Notes: generated by a model not told the origin, from the sequence alone. A stretch of DNA of 32,000 nucleotides from Lachnospiraceae bacterium (GCA_051878995.1 JBJELE010000025.1:97119-129118); one strand, 5' to 3'; numbered from the stretch's first letter, positions 1 to 10,057 are shown. Made by a program: numbers and translations.

Positions 1-1144
1 ATATCAGCAAATACACAATCAAAACAATTGGCATACTGGCAAGAACAATTACCGTTCCTCTCTGTACAATTGCATTACCACTCATATTAAACACACTAAA
101 TACTATAGGAGAAAGAATATATAAAATCACCTCCCAGATTACTGTAATAAATATTCCAATCTTAAAACTCTCCTTGAGAGAATCAATAAGACTGCTTTTA
201 TCTCTCGCAGAATATGCAATACCGTATAGTGGTGAAGCTGCATAGCCCATGCATTGAATAGGCATTCTGCCAAGCTTACGAATATTGTTGATTACTGTTA
301 CCATCGAAAGCATTACTCCATCTGAGCCGAATGTTCCGAGAACCAGTCTGTTGATAATTGAAGAAACTATACAATCAAGAATATTATCAAGAGATGATGG
401 ACATCCACTCTTCATAGTATCAAGAATCTCAGCCGGTTTAAGCACTACAGGCTTTAATGATAATCCAAATTTATGCTTTTTATATAAGATTACTGCTATT
501 GCTGAATCAACAGCAGATGCACATGCACTACCAAGTCCAAGACCCATAAGCTTTATTGGTGCAGGAAGCAGATTAATAAAAAGTATAGAAAAGATAATAT
601 TTGTAATAACATTAGCCAGATTAGTAATCATTCGGTCTCTCTGAAATCCCATAACACTAAAAAGTGAACGAAAAACGCCACCTAATCCCTGGATAGAAAT
701 GCACCATGCACAGCACTTAATATATAATACTGCAAGGTTAACAATTTCTTCCGTACTCTTGCTACCACCAAATATCATAACTAATGGACGTGCAATAAAA
801 AATACGAAAACAGACAGAAGGATGCCCATAAATATGGTAAAATATACACCACCTGCAAAAGCTCTCTGTAATCCCTCTTTATCATTTCTTCCCAGACGCC
901 ATGTCATACGAAGTTCTGTTCCATGTATTATAGCATTAAGAAATGATAAAAAAATCAAATATGCCGGTGCACCAATGGATACAGCAGCAACTCCTGTAGT
1001 TCCTGTAAATTTACCAGCTAAAAGCGAGTCAATCATAATCATAAGCACATAAACCATGCTTAGTGAGAAGCATGCAGGTAGCATCTGAATAATATTTCTT
1101 CTTAACAGCTTACTGTTTTTTGTTACATCAAGACTTGCTTCCAT
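1..1144 (-). CDS. MATE-family efflux transporter, partial (N-terminal ~381 codons; C-terminus lies beyond the left window edge)
   Basis: Absent from the ORF track because it runs off the edge. Reverse complement from ATG at 1144 reads MEASLDVTKNSKLLRRNIIQMLPACFSLSMVYVLMIMIDSLLAGKFTGTTGVAAVSIGAPAY... and stays open to position 2. Polytopic hydrophobic profile typical of MATE pumps. The start lies 2 nt after the stop of the upstream ORF. Confidence 0.75.
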   Translation of the reverse strand, partial: MEASLDVTKNSKLLRRNIIQMLPACFSLSMVYVLMIMIDSLLAGKFTGTTGVAAVSIGAPAYLIFLSFLNAIIHGTELRMTWRLGRNDKEGLQRAFAGGVYFTIFMGILLSVFVFFIARPLVMIFGGSKSTEEIVNLAVLYIKCCAWCISIQGLGGVFRSLFSVMGFQRDRMITNLANVITNIIFSILFINLLPAPIKLMGLGLGSACASAVDSAIAVILYKKHKFGLSLKPVVLKPAEILDTMKSGCPSSLDNILDCIVSSIINRLVLGTFGSDGVMLSMVTVINNIRKLGRMPIQCMGYAASPLYGIAYSARDKSSLIDSLKESFKIGIFITVIWEVILYILSPIVFSVFNMSGNAIVQRGTVIVLASMPIVLIVYLLI

Positions 1145-1146
1145 TT

Positions 1147-2637
1147 TTATCGATCACCATTTCCCTTCTTGTGAAATACAATCGTTCTATCATAGACAAT
1201 CTCATAATACGAAGGTCCAACCCCTGTCTTATCCACATAAGCACGGAATGCCATAACCAACGGATTATCATTATCTACTCCATAGAACCTTCCTTTTTCA
1301 TTTCCGGTAGAGTACTCTATAATTCTTGTGTTCTCATCAATCTGTGTTCTTGCCATTTTGTAAACATAGTAACTGTCTGCATCCTTGCAGTTATCTCCTA
1401 AATATTCCTGAGCAGTTCCCGGATACAGAGAATCATATACACTGCAAACACCATTAAGCATCGGCTTTGCATATAATACTGCATTTGAATAATGAGCTTT
1501 TCCTGTTGCTGTATGATTTACACCATAAACAACAATAAAATCATCATCTGAGTTAAGGGTAAAATCAGGTGTCATAGTGTAACTGGTATCGCGGTTATCA
1601 CCCTTTGCGTTGAAATCTGTTATGTATGCAGTAAGTCCTTCTGGAACTGCAATCTCTCCCCCTAACTCTTCATAATTGTATTCATCACTGTATTTTGCAA
1701 TGATTGCCCGGCGGATAGTATCAAGATTTTCTTCAGCATTATCTAGAATTGCAACCTCATGTTCGCCGGTTCCCCTAGGTATAATCGTTTCGTTGGCATA
1801 CGGATTAGATGCAATCTCTGTCTTTGGTGTTACACGGTAAGCAACAGAGCTTTCAGAGAGCCTGGTAATATACCTCTCGTATTCGTCGCGATTCTTTGGC
1901 TGCGAAATTCTGCCTATCATACAGAAGGTATCCTTTCCCTTTTCCAAACCCATCCTGTATGTCTTCTCAGGGATAGTCATAACATTAATCATATTCTCAG
2001 AAATACCTGCTTCTGTAAGATGCTCTATCACCTGTTTTGTCACGGTTTTGTTGGCACTTATTAAGATGACTGCTTTTGAACCATAAACACTGTCTCCGTC
2101 ACATTTTACTCTTCCATCACATACGGATGTACCAATGGAGCCAAAAATCGAATGGTAAAATCCTGTTTCCTCATTACCCACTCGGAAGTATCCCTTCTCA
2201 CCTGAGTAGTTCTTCCCTTCCTTCTCCTCAGTAAACATGATGTAATTAATGAATGAAAAATACTTGCATTCAGGCGGAAGTTCTGTATATAGGACCAAAG
2301 CCTCATCCTGGCGAAGTTTATACTGCCATCCTGCCGGTGAAAAAAATGGATTAGCAGGATAATTTTTCACATCCGGATCATCATATATGGTTGCTTTCTC
2401 ATCATCCCAGCCACGCTCAGCATTACCTTTTGCAAAATCCTGATTCGGTGCCGGTGGAAAAAAAAGAACTGTATATACTGAACCCGCATTATTTCCAAAA
2501 CAGCTTAGCAGTTTACCCTTTGATGCCATTTCGATAGTATCAAATTCTTCAAATGAACCCTGCTGTACATAAAAATCACTGTTTTCTAAATTTGTTTTCA
2601 AGGCATTCATATTGCCGTTCAAATCCTGTTCCTCCAT
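1147..2637 (-). CDS. Hypothetical cytoplasmic protein, 496 aa, family not recognised
   Basis: Long uninterrupted ORF with ordinary amino-acid composition, no signal peptide or TM segment, and no catalytic motif I can name. Its stop (1147-1149) is 2 nt from the MATE start, so the two are probably co-translated. Confidence 0.7.
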   Translation of the reverse strand: MEEQDLNGNMNALKTNLENSDFYVQQGSFEEFDTIEMASKGKLLSCFGNNAGSVYTVLFFPPAPNQDFAKGNAERGWDDEKATIYDDPDVKNYPANPFFSPAGWQYKLRQDEALVLYTELPPECKYFSFINYIMFTEEKEGKNYSGEKGYFRVGNEETGFYHSIFGSIGTSVCDGRVKCDGDSVYGSKAVILISANKTVTKQVIEHLTEAGISENMINVMTIPEKTYRMGLEKGKDTFCMIGRISQPKNRDEYERYITRLSESSVAYRVTPKTEIASNPYANETIIPRGTGEHEVAILDNAEENLDTIRRAIIAKYSDEYNYEELGGEIAVPEGLTAYITDFNAKGDNRDTSYTMTPDFTLNSDDDFIVVYGVNHTATGKAHYSNAVLYAKPMLNGVCSVYDSLYPGTAQEYLGDNCKDADSYYVYKMARTQIDENTRIIEYSTGNEKGRFYGVDNDNPLVMAFRAYVDKTGVGPSYYEIVYDRTIVFHKKGNGDR

Positions 2638-2675
2638 TTCTTTATATTAATACAGTGGCACTATATTAGTAGATT

Positions 2676-2684
2676 ATTATACCA
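2676..2684 (-). promoter_or_regulatory. Extended -10 promoter element (TGgTATAAT) upstream of the 496-aa ORF
   Basis: Minus-strand reading is ttgacaaattatatatggTATAATaatc. TGnTATAAT sits about 40 nt upstream of ATG 2637. The TTGACA nearby is only 12 nt away, so it is not a proper -35. Confidence 0.4.
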
Positions 2685-2879
2685 TATATAATTTGTCAAT
2701 CTATGTCTCCTCGCTGACTTGATCCAATTACAATACACAAGCTAATTATATTAAAGCCCCTAAAGAAAGCAGTTCCTTCTTTCGTGTCGTACATCTTTCC
2801 TTCTGTTATGCTTTCTTAATCGGATGCCTGATTACAGTTTTCCATTTTTCAGGAGCAACCTTTCTTTTTCATCCTTTCT

Positions 2880-3266
2880 TTAATCCGGTGTATTTACCGT
2901 TTGAGCCACATCCAATATCTCCCGCTGTTTCTTCTTACTAAATCCCCCAAGCACAAGCTGATACGATTTATCCAATAAATCCTTCAATAAATCATCCGGC
3001 ACTTCACCATCCGGTTTGATAGAATTCCAATGCATTTTATTCATATAATATCCGGGAATAATATCCTCGTACTGTTGGCGCCAAAAATCACCTTCCGCCG
3101 GTTCCAGTTTCAGCGTAATATAATATGGCTCATCATTATCATCCAAACAGACTGCTGCAAACATTTTCCCACCTATTTGATAACGAATCCAATTCCAATC
3201 TTGTTGAATGTCTTTTGTCACGCCTGCCTTGTTCAGTAAATATTCATCAATCCATGTGTACCGCAT
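2880..3266 (-). CDS. MmcQ/YjbR-family (DUF419) DNA-binding protein
   Basis: 128 aa: MRYTWIDEYLLNKAGVTKD...WNWIRYQIGGKMFA...YYITLKLEP...MNKMHWNSI, the typical YjbR pattern. SD AAGGAGAA lies 7 nt upstream of the ATG. Confidence 0.8.
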   Translation of the reverse strand: MRYTWIDEYLLNKAGVTKDIQQDWNWIRYQIGGKMFAAVCLDDNDEPYYITLKLEPAEGDFWRQQYEDIIPGYYMNKMHWNSIKPDGEVPDDLLKDLLDKSYQLVLGGFSKKKQREILDVAQTVNTPD

Positions 3267-3461
3267 AAATCAGTTCTCCTTCTTTGTATTTTGTAGCCTG
3301 GATATTACCTTCATATTTCCTTTTCATACGTTCTATGCTGACCTTAAGCTCCTCCCGTATTTCTTCCGGCTCCAGTAATTCTACCTTTTCCCTGAAAAAT
3401 CAAATAATTTTCCCTTATCATCGCTCATAAACAAAGCGGAACAATATAAAACGATTCATGT

Positions 3462-4232
3462 TTAGATTATACTATAAAAATTGATAATACAGCTATGGAT
3501 ATTCATATTCAAAAGATGCTTTGTCTGTTTCAAAACAAAAAACAGGCCTTCCAATTCCATATCGCCCTGTACAATCGGAATCTTTTCATTTTCAATCTGT
3601 ACCACTTTCGCTCCCAGATACGTAGCCAGTCTATATTCTTTCCCATACCACAGGATAACCCCTATAACACCGGTAAAGTGAATCCCTGCCATAGGAATAT
3701 CCGCCACGGACAACATCAGGGAACCACCTGAATAGAAACATTGCGTCCAGGCATATTGTCTGGGAAAGGATCATCCTTCATCCCCCTCCCAGTACCCTTT
3801 TGCATTCTGAAAATGAAAAATCTGATCATTGATACACAGGGTTCCATTTACTGTATGTCTCATACTCCACACACTGTGCCGGCATTCCATGAACGGAATC
3901 AACGCAAACGGTCCCATAATATCATATCGTAACGGAGAAAGTGCACCAAAATCCAGTTTTCCGTTTACTGTCAATCCGGGCATGCGTATCTTCAACTGCA
4001 AACCATTCTGACCAAATTGATTTTCTCCAATCCGAAGATCCTTACCCTGTTTCCTAAACATTTCCGGTGGAAATATAGCATTCCAGGCATCATGATCCAT
4101 AATTATCTGAATGGAACAGGTGCGTTCCTCTCCACTTTGGTGCACTGCCGGGATCACTGCCAGAGTCTGGGAAGCGGACTGGCATTTCATATACCAGCCA
4201 TAAAATGTACCTTTCATATCTTCTGCCTCCAT
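3462..4232 (-). pseudogene. Tocopherol-cyclase-like family gene (tentative) interrupted by one in-frame TGA at 3771-3773
   Basis: ORFs 3771..4232 and 3462..3716 are in the same frame (3771-3462=309). Reading across the stop gives ...YWEGDEG*SFPRQYAWTQCFYSGGSLMLSVADIP..., a continuous protein-like sequence. The N-terminus FYGWYMKCQS...LAVIPAV resembles the family annotated as tocopherol cyclase-like in Clostridia; that is recollection, not a search. The C-terminal 30 aa look non-native. Confidence 0.6.
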
Positions 4233-4314
4233 CGATAAATACTCTTAAGTATTCCCTTGGAAAGCAGGATTGATTCATTTCTGTTGCCATTATGTCGTCC
4301 AGAGCCGCTCACAT

Positions 4315-6633
4315 TTATAATTCACTTATCGTTTCAGTGACCGTATTGGATAAAATCCTCTTCACCGGCTTCACAACGGACGTTACTGAAGCAAATACTA
4401 CCACAAGCAAAATGATGAGTAATTCCCTAACCGGAACCGTCCATGGAGTGCCAAAGTATCCAGAAATTATGGATTTGTAGAACTTCATGTGCAAAAGTAA
4501 ACCGAGTATTCCACCGGTTAGTATTCCGGAGAAAGCATAGCTTAACGTTTCTGTGCAAATCATTTTGCGAATCTGCTTGTTATCCATACCTATTGCTCTC
4601 ATGATTCCATACTGCTTGTTTCTGGCAGATACACTCATTGAAATACTATTGTTAATATTGAAAACTGTAATAAGCGCAATTATTCCAAGAAATCCGTATA
4701 CAAGCAGTGAAAATGCCAAATACGTGCTGTTTACTGACTTTTTGCTCTCCCGTCCATCGCTCAGCTTTATGTCATCTCCAAGAAGTTTTCTGATCTCCTG
4801 ATCAATATCCTTGTCTGCTTTCTTTGTGACCTGAATATCAATAATGGCATACTCATCAATTCCCGTAAGCTTTACAAAGGTCTCCTCAGAACAGAGCACT
4901 GTCGGTATATCCGATGCACTGAACGGGCTGTCCTTAAGCACGGCGGCTACTGTCAGTTCGTTTCCCCTGTACCGGATTTTATCGCCCAGAGTCAGTGGAT
5001 TGCTTTTGTCAAAAACAACCATAACGGAGTTGCCGCCATTTTTCACTGCCTCGATATCGCCTGATAAATAATCATCCTTTGCCCAACCAAACTGTAGCTC
5101 TTCATATGAAATCAGGTCCATCCTATTTACATCCTTCGTGGAGCTAATTTCATCGCAGATGTGCATTCTTCCATATATGTATTTTATGCCGTCAATTTTC
5201 TCAATCTCTGTTACAAGCTCCTGTGGTAAAACAGAAGCATAGTCCTCAGCAAAAACTGTCATATCCGGAGAATATGGTTTGTTAGAATTGAGTGCACAAC
5301 CAATCCAATCAATCATTACGGAAAAACTCAAAAACAGGATAATACTTAATGCAAATGATCCGGTCATCATAATAAGGCTCTTCTTTTGTGAAAAAGCATG
5401 ATGAATTCCAAGGGCATTTTCTACTTTGAAAAGCTTTGTGTTGGCCGCCTTTTTAGTATTCCTATTTTCTGTATTTCCTAATATTCCTGCCACCGGAGTC
5501 ACTTTTGCTGCCCGCTTTGCGGGGGCATTGGCAGCTATCAGTACTGTAATGATTCCTATCACCGTACCACTGATGATTCCTACCAGACTCAGTTTGAAAA
5601 CCGGCATATTCTCCCATTCACCACCAATGACAAACCTAAGGATTGCACAAATTCCCCAGGATGCAAGTGTTGCAATAATGATGCCAAATGGAATCGCCTT
5701 TTTGCACCAGTTTAATGCTTCCAGTCTTACTATGTGCTTAATCTGGGCCTTGCTTGTTCCAATGCAGCGAAGCATTCCAAAATACTGGGTGCGTTCAGCA
5801 ATGTTGCTATTCATGCTGCCTGCAATCATAAGTACACCGGCCAGCATTACAAGTATAACAAGGATAAATGCCACACCATATAAACCTACCACGTAACTAC
5901 TGCTGCTCATTCCCAGAATGCCAAGAATAGCCGCATTTTCAGCTACAACAGACTTATCCCATCCGTGTTCTGCCATAAGTTTATCTATGGTCTTTCTTAT
6001 GGTCCATGTATTACCAAACTGAACATAGTAAACCGGGTGCATGCTTTCCCCATTTTCTTCCATAATCTTTTCAAAGGATTCCATGGAAACAAAAACCCCT
6101 ATGGCATCATTTCTCTGAAGCAAAGTTCCGTCCTTTGCAATTCCACTGATTACATATTCAAAGCTCCCGTCCGGTGTCACTAAGGAAACCGTATCACCAA
6201 TCTCCTTGGAAAACTGTCTTCTGTAATTCTCACTTACTACGATTTCACTCTCATTTTGGGGAAGAGCTCCCTCTTTCATGCAAAGAGCAATCTTATCCCA
6301 GTTTTGATTTACTCCACATACTACAGTTTGCTTTCCACTTATATTGTAGTCCTCTGCTAAGTCATAGTTTACTACATCATACCAACAGGCTTCCTTTACC
6401 ACAGCTTTTCTTGAAACAGCTTCTGCTTCTTCTTTCGTAATATTTGTAAGTGCAATATGCCAGTTACCGTGCTTTTCCATCATTCTCACACTTTCGTGTC
6501 GATATTCCATATCTGCCATAGTGAATACACCTGTAATAAGAATTACTGCCAGTATGATACAAAAAATGGTCATCCTGTTCTGTCTTTTATGTGCTTTGGC
6601 CTGAATAGAGGCTAAACTTAAATAACTTCTCAT
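4315..6633 (-). CDS. ABC transporter permease, duplicated MacB/FtsX-type (8 predicted TM segments, two large extracytoplasmic domains)
   Basis: Preferred start is ATG 6633 ([13 protein letters not shown]...), preceded by GAAGGAGG 8 nt upstream. Hydrophobic segments follow the pattern TM1, ~200-aa loop, TM2-4, then TM5, ~200-aa loop, TM6-8. It follows the ATPase gene. Confidence 0.88.
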   Translation of the reverse strand: MRSYLSLASIQAKAHKRQNRMTIFCIILAVILITGVFTMADMEYRHESVRMMEKHGNWHIALTNITKEEAEAVSRKAVVKEACWYDVVNYDLAEDYNISGKQTVVCGVNQNWDKIALCMKEGALPQNESEIVVSENYRRQFSKEIGDTVSLVTPDGSFEYVISGIAKDGTLLQRNDAIGVFVSMESFEKIMEENGESMHPVYYVQFGNTWTIRKTIDKLMAEHGWDKSVVAENAAILGILGMSSSSYVVGLYGVAFILVILVMLAGVLMIAGSMNSNIAERTQYFGMLRCIGTSKAQIKHIVRLEALNWCKKAIPFGIIIATLASWGICAILRFVIGGEWENMPVFKLSLVGIISGTVIGIITVLIAANAPAKRAAKVTPVAGILGNTENRNTKKAANTKLFKVENALGIHHAFSQKKSLIMMTGSFALSIILFLSFSVMIDWIGCALNSNKPYSPDMTVFAEDYASVLPQELVTEIEKIDGIKYIYGRMHICDEISSTKDVNRMDLISYEELQFGWAKDDYLSGDIEAVKNGGNSVMVVFDKSNPLTLGDKIRYRGNELTVAAVLKDSPFSASDIPTVLCSEETFVKLTGIDEYAIIDIQVTKKADKDIDQEIRKLLGDDIKLSDGRESKKSVNSTYLAFSLLVYGFLGIIALITVFNINNSISMSVSARNKQYGIMRAIGMDNKQIRKMICTETLSYAFSGILTGGILGLLLHMKFYKSIISGYFGTPWTVPVRELLIILLVVVFASVTSVVKPVKRILSNTVTETISEL

Positions 6634-6649
6634 TGTTTTCGCCTCCTTC

Positions 6650-7333
6650 TTATGCCTGCACGTTTCCAAGATCAGTAACCACTCCGTCTTTTACCTGCAA
6701 GATTCTGTCTGCAGACTGTGCTATGACTCTGTTGTGGGTAATCATGATGATTGTCTGCTCATATTTTCTTGAGGCATCCTTTAAGAGAGCAATTACTTCG
6801 CTGCTGTTTTTGGAATCCAGATTTCCTGTTGGCTCATCTGCCAGAATAATACTGGGTCTGGTTATCAGTGCGCGACCTATCGCCACTCTCTGCTGCTGCC
6901 CCCCGGACAACTGGCTTGGCAAATGTTTTCTTCTATTCTCAAGATTCAAAACCTTCAGCAATTCATCAAGATATTTCTGATCAGGCTTCTGGTAATCAAG
7001 AAGAAGCGGAAATACAATATTCTGCTCCACTGTCAGCTCCGGAATCAGGTTAAAAGCCTGAAAAATAAATCCAATATTTCTACGCCTGAATACGGTAGCC
7101 GCATTATCTTTCATTGCCATGATGTCCTTGCCGTCAATGATGACCTTGCCCGAAGTTGGTGAATCAAGCGCTCCTATCATATTGAGTAGAGTACTCTTTC
7201 CGGAACCGGACTCTCCAACAATAGCTAAAAACTCGCCTTTTTCAACTGAAAAGCTTACATTCTTTAATGCCTCTACTGCAGCCTCTCCACTTCCATACGT
7301 CTTTGATATGTTTTTTACTTCTAACAAATTCAT
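6650..7333 (-). CDS. ABC transporter ATP-binding protein (MacB/LolD-like)
   Basis: Walker [10 protein letters not shown], signature LSGGQQQRV, Walker B ILADEPT, H-loop ITH. Confidence 0.95.
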   Translation of the reverse strand: MNLLEVKNISKTYGSGEAAVEALKNVSFSVEKGEFLAIVGESGSGKSTLLNMIGALDSPTSGKVIIDGKDIMAMKDNAATVFRRRNIGFIFQAFNLIPELTVEQNIVFPLLLDYQKPDQKYLDELLKVLNLENRRKHLPSQLSGGQQQRVAIGRALITRPSIILADEPTGNLDSKNSSEVIALLKDASRKYEQTIIMITHNRVIAQSADRILQVKDGVVTDLGNVQA

Positions 7334-7425
7334 TATTCCTGTCTCCTCTTTCTGTTAAAACACATTTTGTAGTTCATGCAATTATCATATTCCATAAACC
7401 CTACAGCATCATTACAGAATTACTA

Positions 7426-8457
7426 CTATTTTGTAGGAATCAGGAAATTCATAATAAACGTAGTGCCAACTCCTATTTTGCTATCAACCTCTATGGTTCC
7501 GCCGTGTGCCTCCACAATGGCCTTTGTTAGTGAGAGTCCCAAACCAAGTCCCTGCGAATCCTTGGAAAATCTGCTTCTGTAAAAACGCTTAAAAATATGA
7601 TGGATGTCTTCCGGATGAATGCCACATCCATTATCCTTAACCTCTATTTTTAATAATGTATTGAACCTGCTCCACTCAATTGATACATAATTGCCTTCCT
7701 TTGTATGATCAAGAGCATTTTTAACAAGATTCTCAATAGCCTCAGTCATCCAGTCTCTGTCGCAGAAAAAAGTCACGTTATCCGCACCTGAGACCATGAT
7801 AGACTTACCCTCTGTCTCTGCTCTGTATGCAAAATGCAGCTCAATATCCTTGATTATCTCGGAAACATTTTCCTCGGTTTTATTAAATACCATGGAACCT
7901 GCATCCAATCTGGTAATCTTCAGAAGATTTTGCACCAATGTCTCAATTCTATCCAATTCCTTCACGGATAAATTAACGAATTCTCGCACCTGCTCTATAT
8001 CCTCTGCCTCCTCCAAAATTCCGTTATAAATATTTAAGGCAGCCAATGGAGTTTTTAACTGATGTGAGATATCTGAAATAGTGTTTTTTAGAAATACCTT
8101 TTCCTTGTTCTCTTTTGCAGCCTTTGAAGTCAGAACTGCAGACATATTGTTTATTGACCAGAAGAGCTTGAAGAGTTCACCCTCCTCGTCATTTTCTATT
8201 CTTGCATCTATGTCACCGGCTAAAAATGCCTCGATTTTTGACTCTGCGTCCTCAAGAATTTTGTCCTGCTTTATAAAATAGAGATAAACCGCAAGCAAAA
8301 TACTGACAGAAACCAGGATACAAAACAATAGCAGAAAAAGTGACAATTGCCTAAATGTGAAGTAGATAATTACCTGAGATATTACTGTCGAAGATATCAT
8401 AATTACCACTATTGTCATAAATAATATCTTTATATTTTTATTAGCCAATATTCTCAT
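7426..8457 (-). CDS. Sensor histidine kinase, intramembrane-sensing type (two TM segments joined by a ~2-aa loop)
   Basis: N-terminus ILFMTIVVIMISSTVISQVIIYFTF-RQ-LSLFLLLFCILVSVSILLAVYLYFI. H-box SDISHQLKTPL. N and G boxes (KNALDHT, DNGCGI, GLGLGLS). Overlaps the response-regulator stop by 17 nt. Confidence 0.9.
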   Translation of the reverse strand: MRILANKNIKILFMTIVVIMISSTVISQVIIYFTFRQLSLFLLLFCILVSVSILLAVYLYFIKQDKILEDAESKIEAFLAGDIDARIENDEEGELFKLFWSINNMSAVLTSKAAKENKEKVFLKNTISDISHQLKTPLAALNIYNGILEEAEDIEQVREFVNLSVKELDRIETLVQNLLKITRLDAGSMVFNKTEENVSEIIKDIELHFAYRAETEGKSIMVSGADNVTFFCDRDWMTEAIENLVKNALDHTKEGNYVSIEWSRFNTLLKIEVKDNGCGIHPEDIHHIFKRFYRSRFSKDSQGLGLGLSLTKAIVEAHGGTIEVDSKIGVGTTFIMNFLIPTK

Positions 8458-9130
8458 TCCACTTATACCCCATTCCTCTGACAGTCAGGATAATTTCCGG
8501 TTCACTTGGATTATTTTCCACCTTCATACGAAGTCTTCTAATATATACCGTCAATGTGCTGCTATCAATATAGTTTGCATCACAGTCCCACAATCTCTGC
8601 AGTATCTGCTCCTTTGTCAGAACGATATTAGGATTCTGGATAAAAAGGCAGAGCAGTTTATACTCTCCGGTTGTAAGATCAATCTGCTCTCCATTTTTGT
8701 AGGCCTGAGCCTGAAGCAAATTTATTTTGATTCCATTTGAAACGAGTTCTGTATCATTCTTTTCCATACTCTTTGCTCTACGCAAAAGAGCATTTACTCT
8801 TGATATCAAAACACCAAGTTTAAAAGGCTTTGTAATATAGTCGTCTCCGCCTATATCAAGTCCCATGATAATATTCATTTCTTCATCAGATGCTGTCAGG
8901 AAAATAATCGGCACCTCAGACTCTTTTCTTACCATCTTGCATAAATCGAACCCACAGCCATCAGGTAATGAAACATCTAAAATAAGCAGGTTATACCGAC
9001 CCTTTCTCCAGCACTCTTCTGCTTCCTTTATTGTTCTTGCAATTTCTATCTCAAACCCTTGCTTTTTTAAAGCAAAAGATAATCCTCTAATTAAGCTTAA
9101 ATCATCCTCAAGTAAAAGAATTCTGTTCAT
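8441..9130 (-). CDS. OmpR-family response regulator
   Basis: Receiver domain (LLLEDD...LLILDVSLPDG...KPF) plus a winged-helix C-terminus (LTVRGMGYKW). Confidence 0.95.
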   Translation of the reverse strand: MNRILLLEDDLSLIRGLSFALKKQGFEIEIARTIKEAEECWRKGRYNLLILDVSLPDGCGFDLCKMVRKESEVPIIFLTASDEEMNIIMGLDIGGDDYITKPFKLGVLISRVNALLRRAKSMEKNDTELVSNGIKINLLQAQAYKNGEQIDLTTGEYKLLCLFIQNPNIVLTKEQILQRLWDCDANYIDSSTLTVYIRRLRMKVENNPSEPEIILTVRGMGYKWNENIG

Positions 9131-9215
9131 GACTCACTCCTCCCAAATCTATAATAGCATTATAGCATTCTTGCAAGAGTAAAGTGCTTCAATTTTGTAA
9201 TGTTGCTGCTATGGG

Positions 9216-9271
9216 GCAAAATAAAAAGAGACCGTAAGATAAGAGAAACTTGGACTCATCTTATGGTCTCT
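9216..9271 (-). terminator. Rho-independent terminator downstream of hicB
   Basis: Arms 9227-9243 and 9255-9271 form a 17-position stem with one G-U and one mismatch. On the minus strand it is followed by TTTTTATTTTG. Confidence 0.7.
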
Positions 9272-9382
9272 GATTAGTTTAATTTGCAATATTCCGATAT
9301 TATACTTCATTTACACATTTCATTTTAGCTTACTGATTTTCTGTTGCCACTGCATCACTTTCATCAACATTTGCGTCCGTTC

Positions 9383-9745
9383 CTATTTTGCATACATCGC
9401 ATCATTTTTCGAAAGAAGATATACACAGTATTGATTCATGCTAACGCCTTCTCTCTGCGAATGTTCAGCCAATGCTCTGTGTAAGCTGCGTGGTATTCTC
9501 AGTTTAAATTGCCCAGAATAATCTTCTAGACTATCTGGTTCATGAATTTCAATTCCTTCCTCAATCGCTGCTTCGAGCCATTCTCTTTTGGCATCTAATG
9601 CATTTTCTACTGCTCTTTCAATTGTTTCACCACAGGTAATGCAACCAGGAAGATCCGGATAAGAAACCACAAAACCACCTTCATCCTTATCTTCCACAAT
9701 CTCCATGCGGTAGGGCATTGATATATAATCATTCAGTGTCTTCAT
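9383..9745 (-). CDS. hicB: HicB-family antitoxin
   Basis: MKTLNDYISMPYRMEIVEDKDEGGFVVSYPDLPGCITCGETIERAVENA... with a C-terminal RHH-like part (RIPRSLHRALAEHSQREGVSMNQY). ATG 9745 is preceded by GGAGAAAG; the track start at 9760 is a GTG. Confidence 0.85.
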   Translation of the reverse strand: MKTLNDYISMPYRMEIVEDKDEGGFVVSYPDLPGCITCGETIERAVENALDAKREWLEAAIEEGIEIHEPDSLEDYSGQFKLRIPRSLHRALAEHSQREGVSMNQYCVYLLSKNDAMYAK

Positions 9746-9986
9746 CTTTCTCCGCCTCACTTTCTACAATCTGCCTTACCATCTCTACATATATCTTTTT
9801 TATTGGTTCATGTTTGGGAATCGTAATAGGCTGACAGCCCTGTTTTCTAAATGTATAATGACTACTGCCACTTCTTGGAGTATTCATCACATATCCGTAA
9901 CTCTCTAATACCTTTTTCAATTCATCGAACCGAAGATCTTTCGATAAATTGCATATACGCACTATTAGTTTATCCCATTTCGACAT
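9729..9986 (-). CDS. hicA: HicA-family mRNA interferase toxin
   Basis: MSKWDKLIVRICNLSKDLRFDELKKVLESYGYVMNTPRSGSSHYTFRK...ITIPKHEPIKKIYV. ATG 9986 lies 7 nt after AGGAGG; the ATG at 9992 is only 1 nt from the SD. Overlaps hicB by 17 nt. Confidence 0.85.
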   Translation of the reverse strand: MSKWDKLIVRICNLSKDLRFDELKKVLESYGYVMNTPRSGSSHYTFRKQGCQPITIPKHEPIKKIYVEMVRQIVESEAEKDEDTE

Positions 9987-10005
9987 TTCCATGCCTCCTA
10001 TCTAT

Positions 10006-10034
10006 ATTATATGTGGTGTCACATATGGTGTCAA
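10006..10034 (-). promoter_or_regulatory. Consensus sigma-A promoter for hicAB with TGACAC repeats in the spacer
   Basis: Minus strand reads TTGACA-ccatatgtgacaccaca (17 nt)-TATAAT. TGACAC occurs twice flanking CATATG, a plausible HicB operator. Confidence 0.6.
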
Positions 10035-10057
10035 CATATTTTGATCTCTTTTACGTC

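Noticed and set aside
285-1052. Plus-strand ORFs of 119 and 117 aa at the left edge
   Set aside because: The minus strand carries an open MATE-like frame across the whole interval. The plus-strand ORFs are Ile/Ser-rich shadows.
3771-3773. In-frame TGA as selenocysteine or genetic-code reassignment
   Set aside because: All other genes in the window give full-length products under the standard code. I see no obvious stable hairpin immediately downstream of the TGA. A nonsense mutation is the simpler explanation.
7334-7425. BceR-type response-regulator box upstream of the ABC ATPase gene
   Set aside because: Several TGTAA/CTACA-like pentamers occur, but none fits TNACA-N4-TGTAA cleanly. I cannot define a -10 box either, so this is not reportable as a site.
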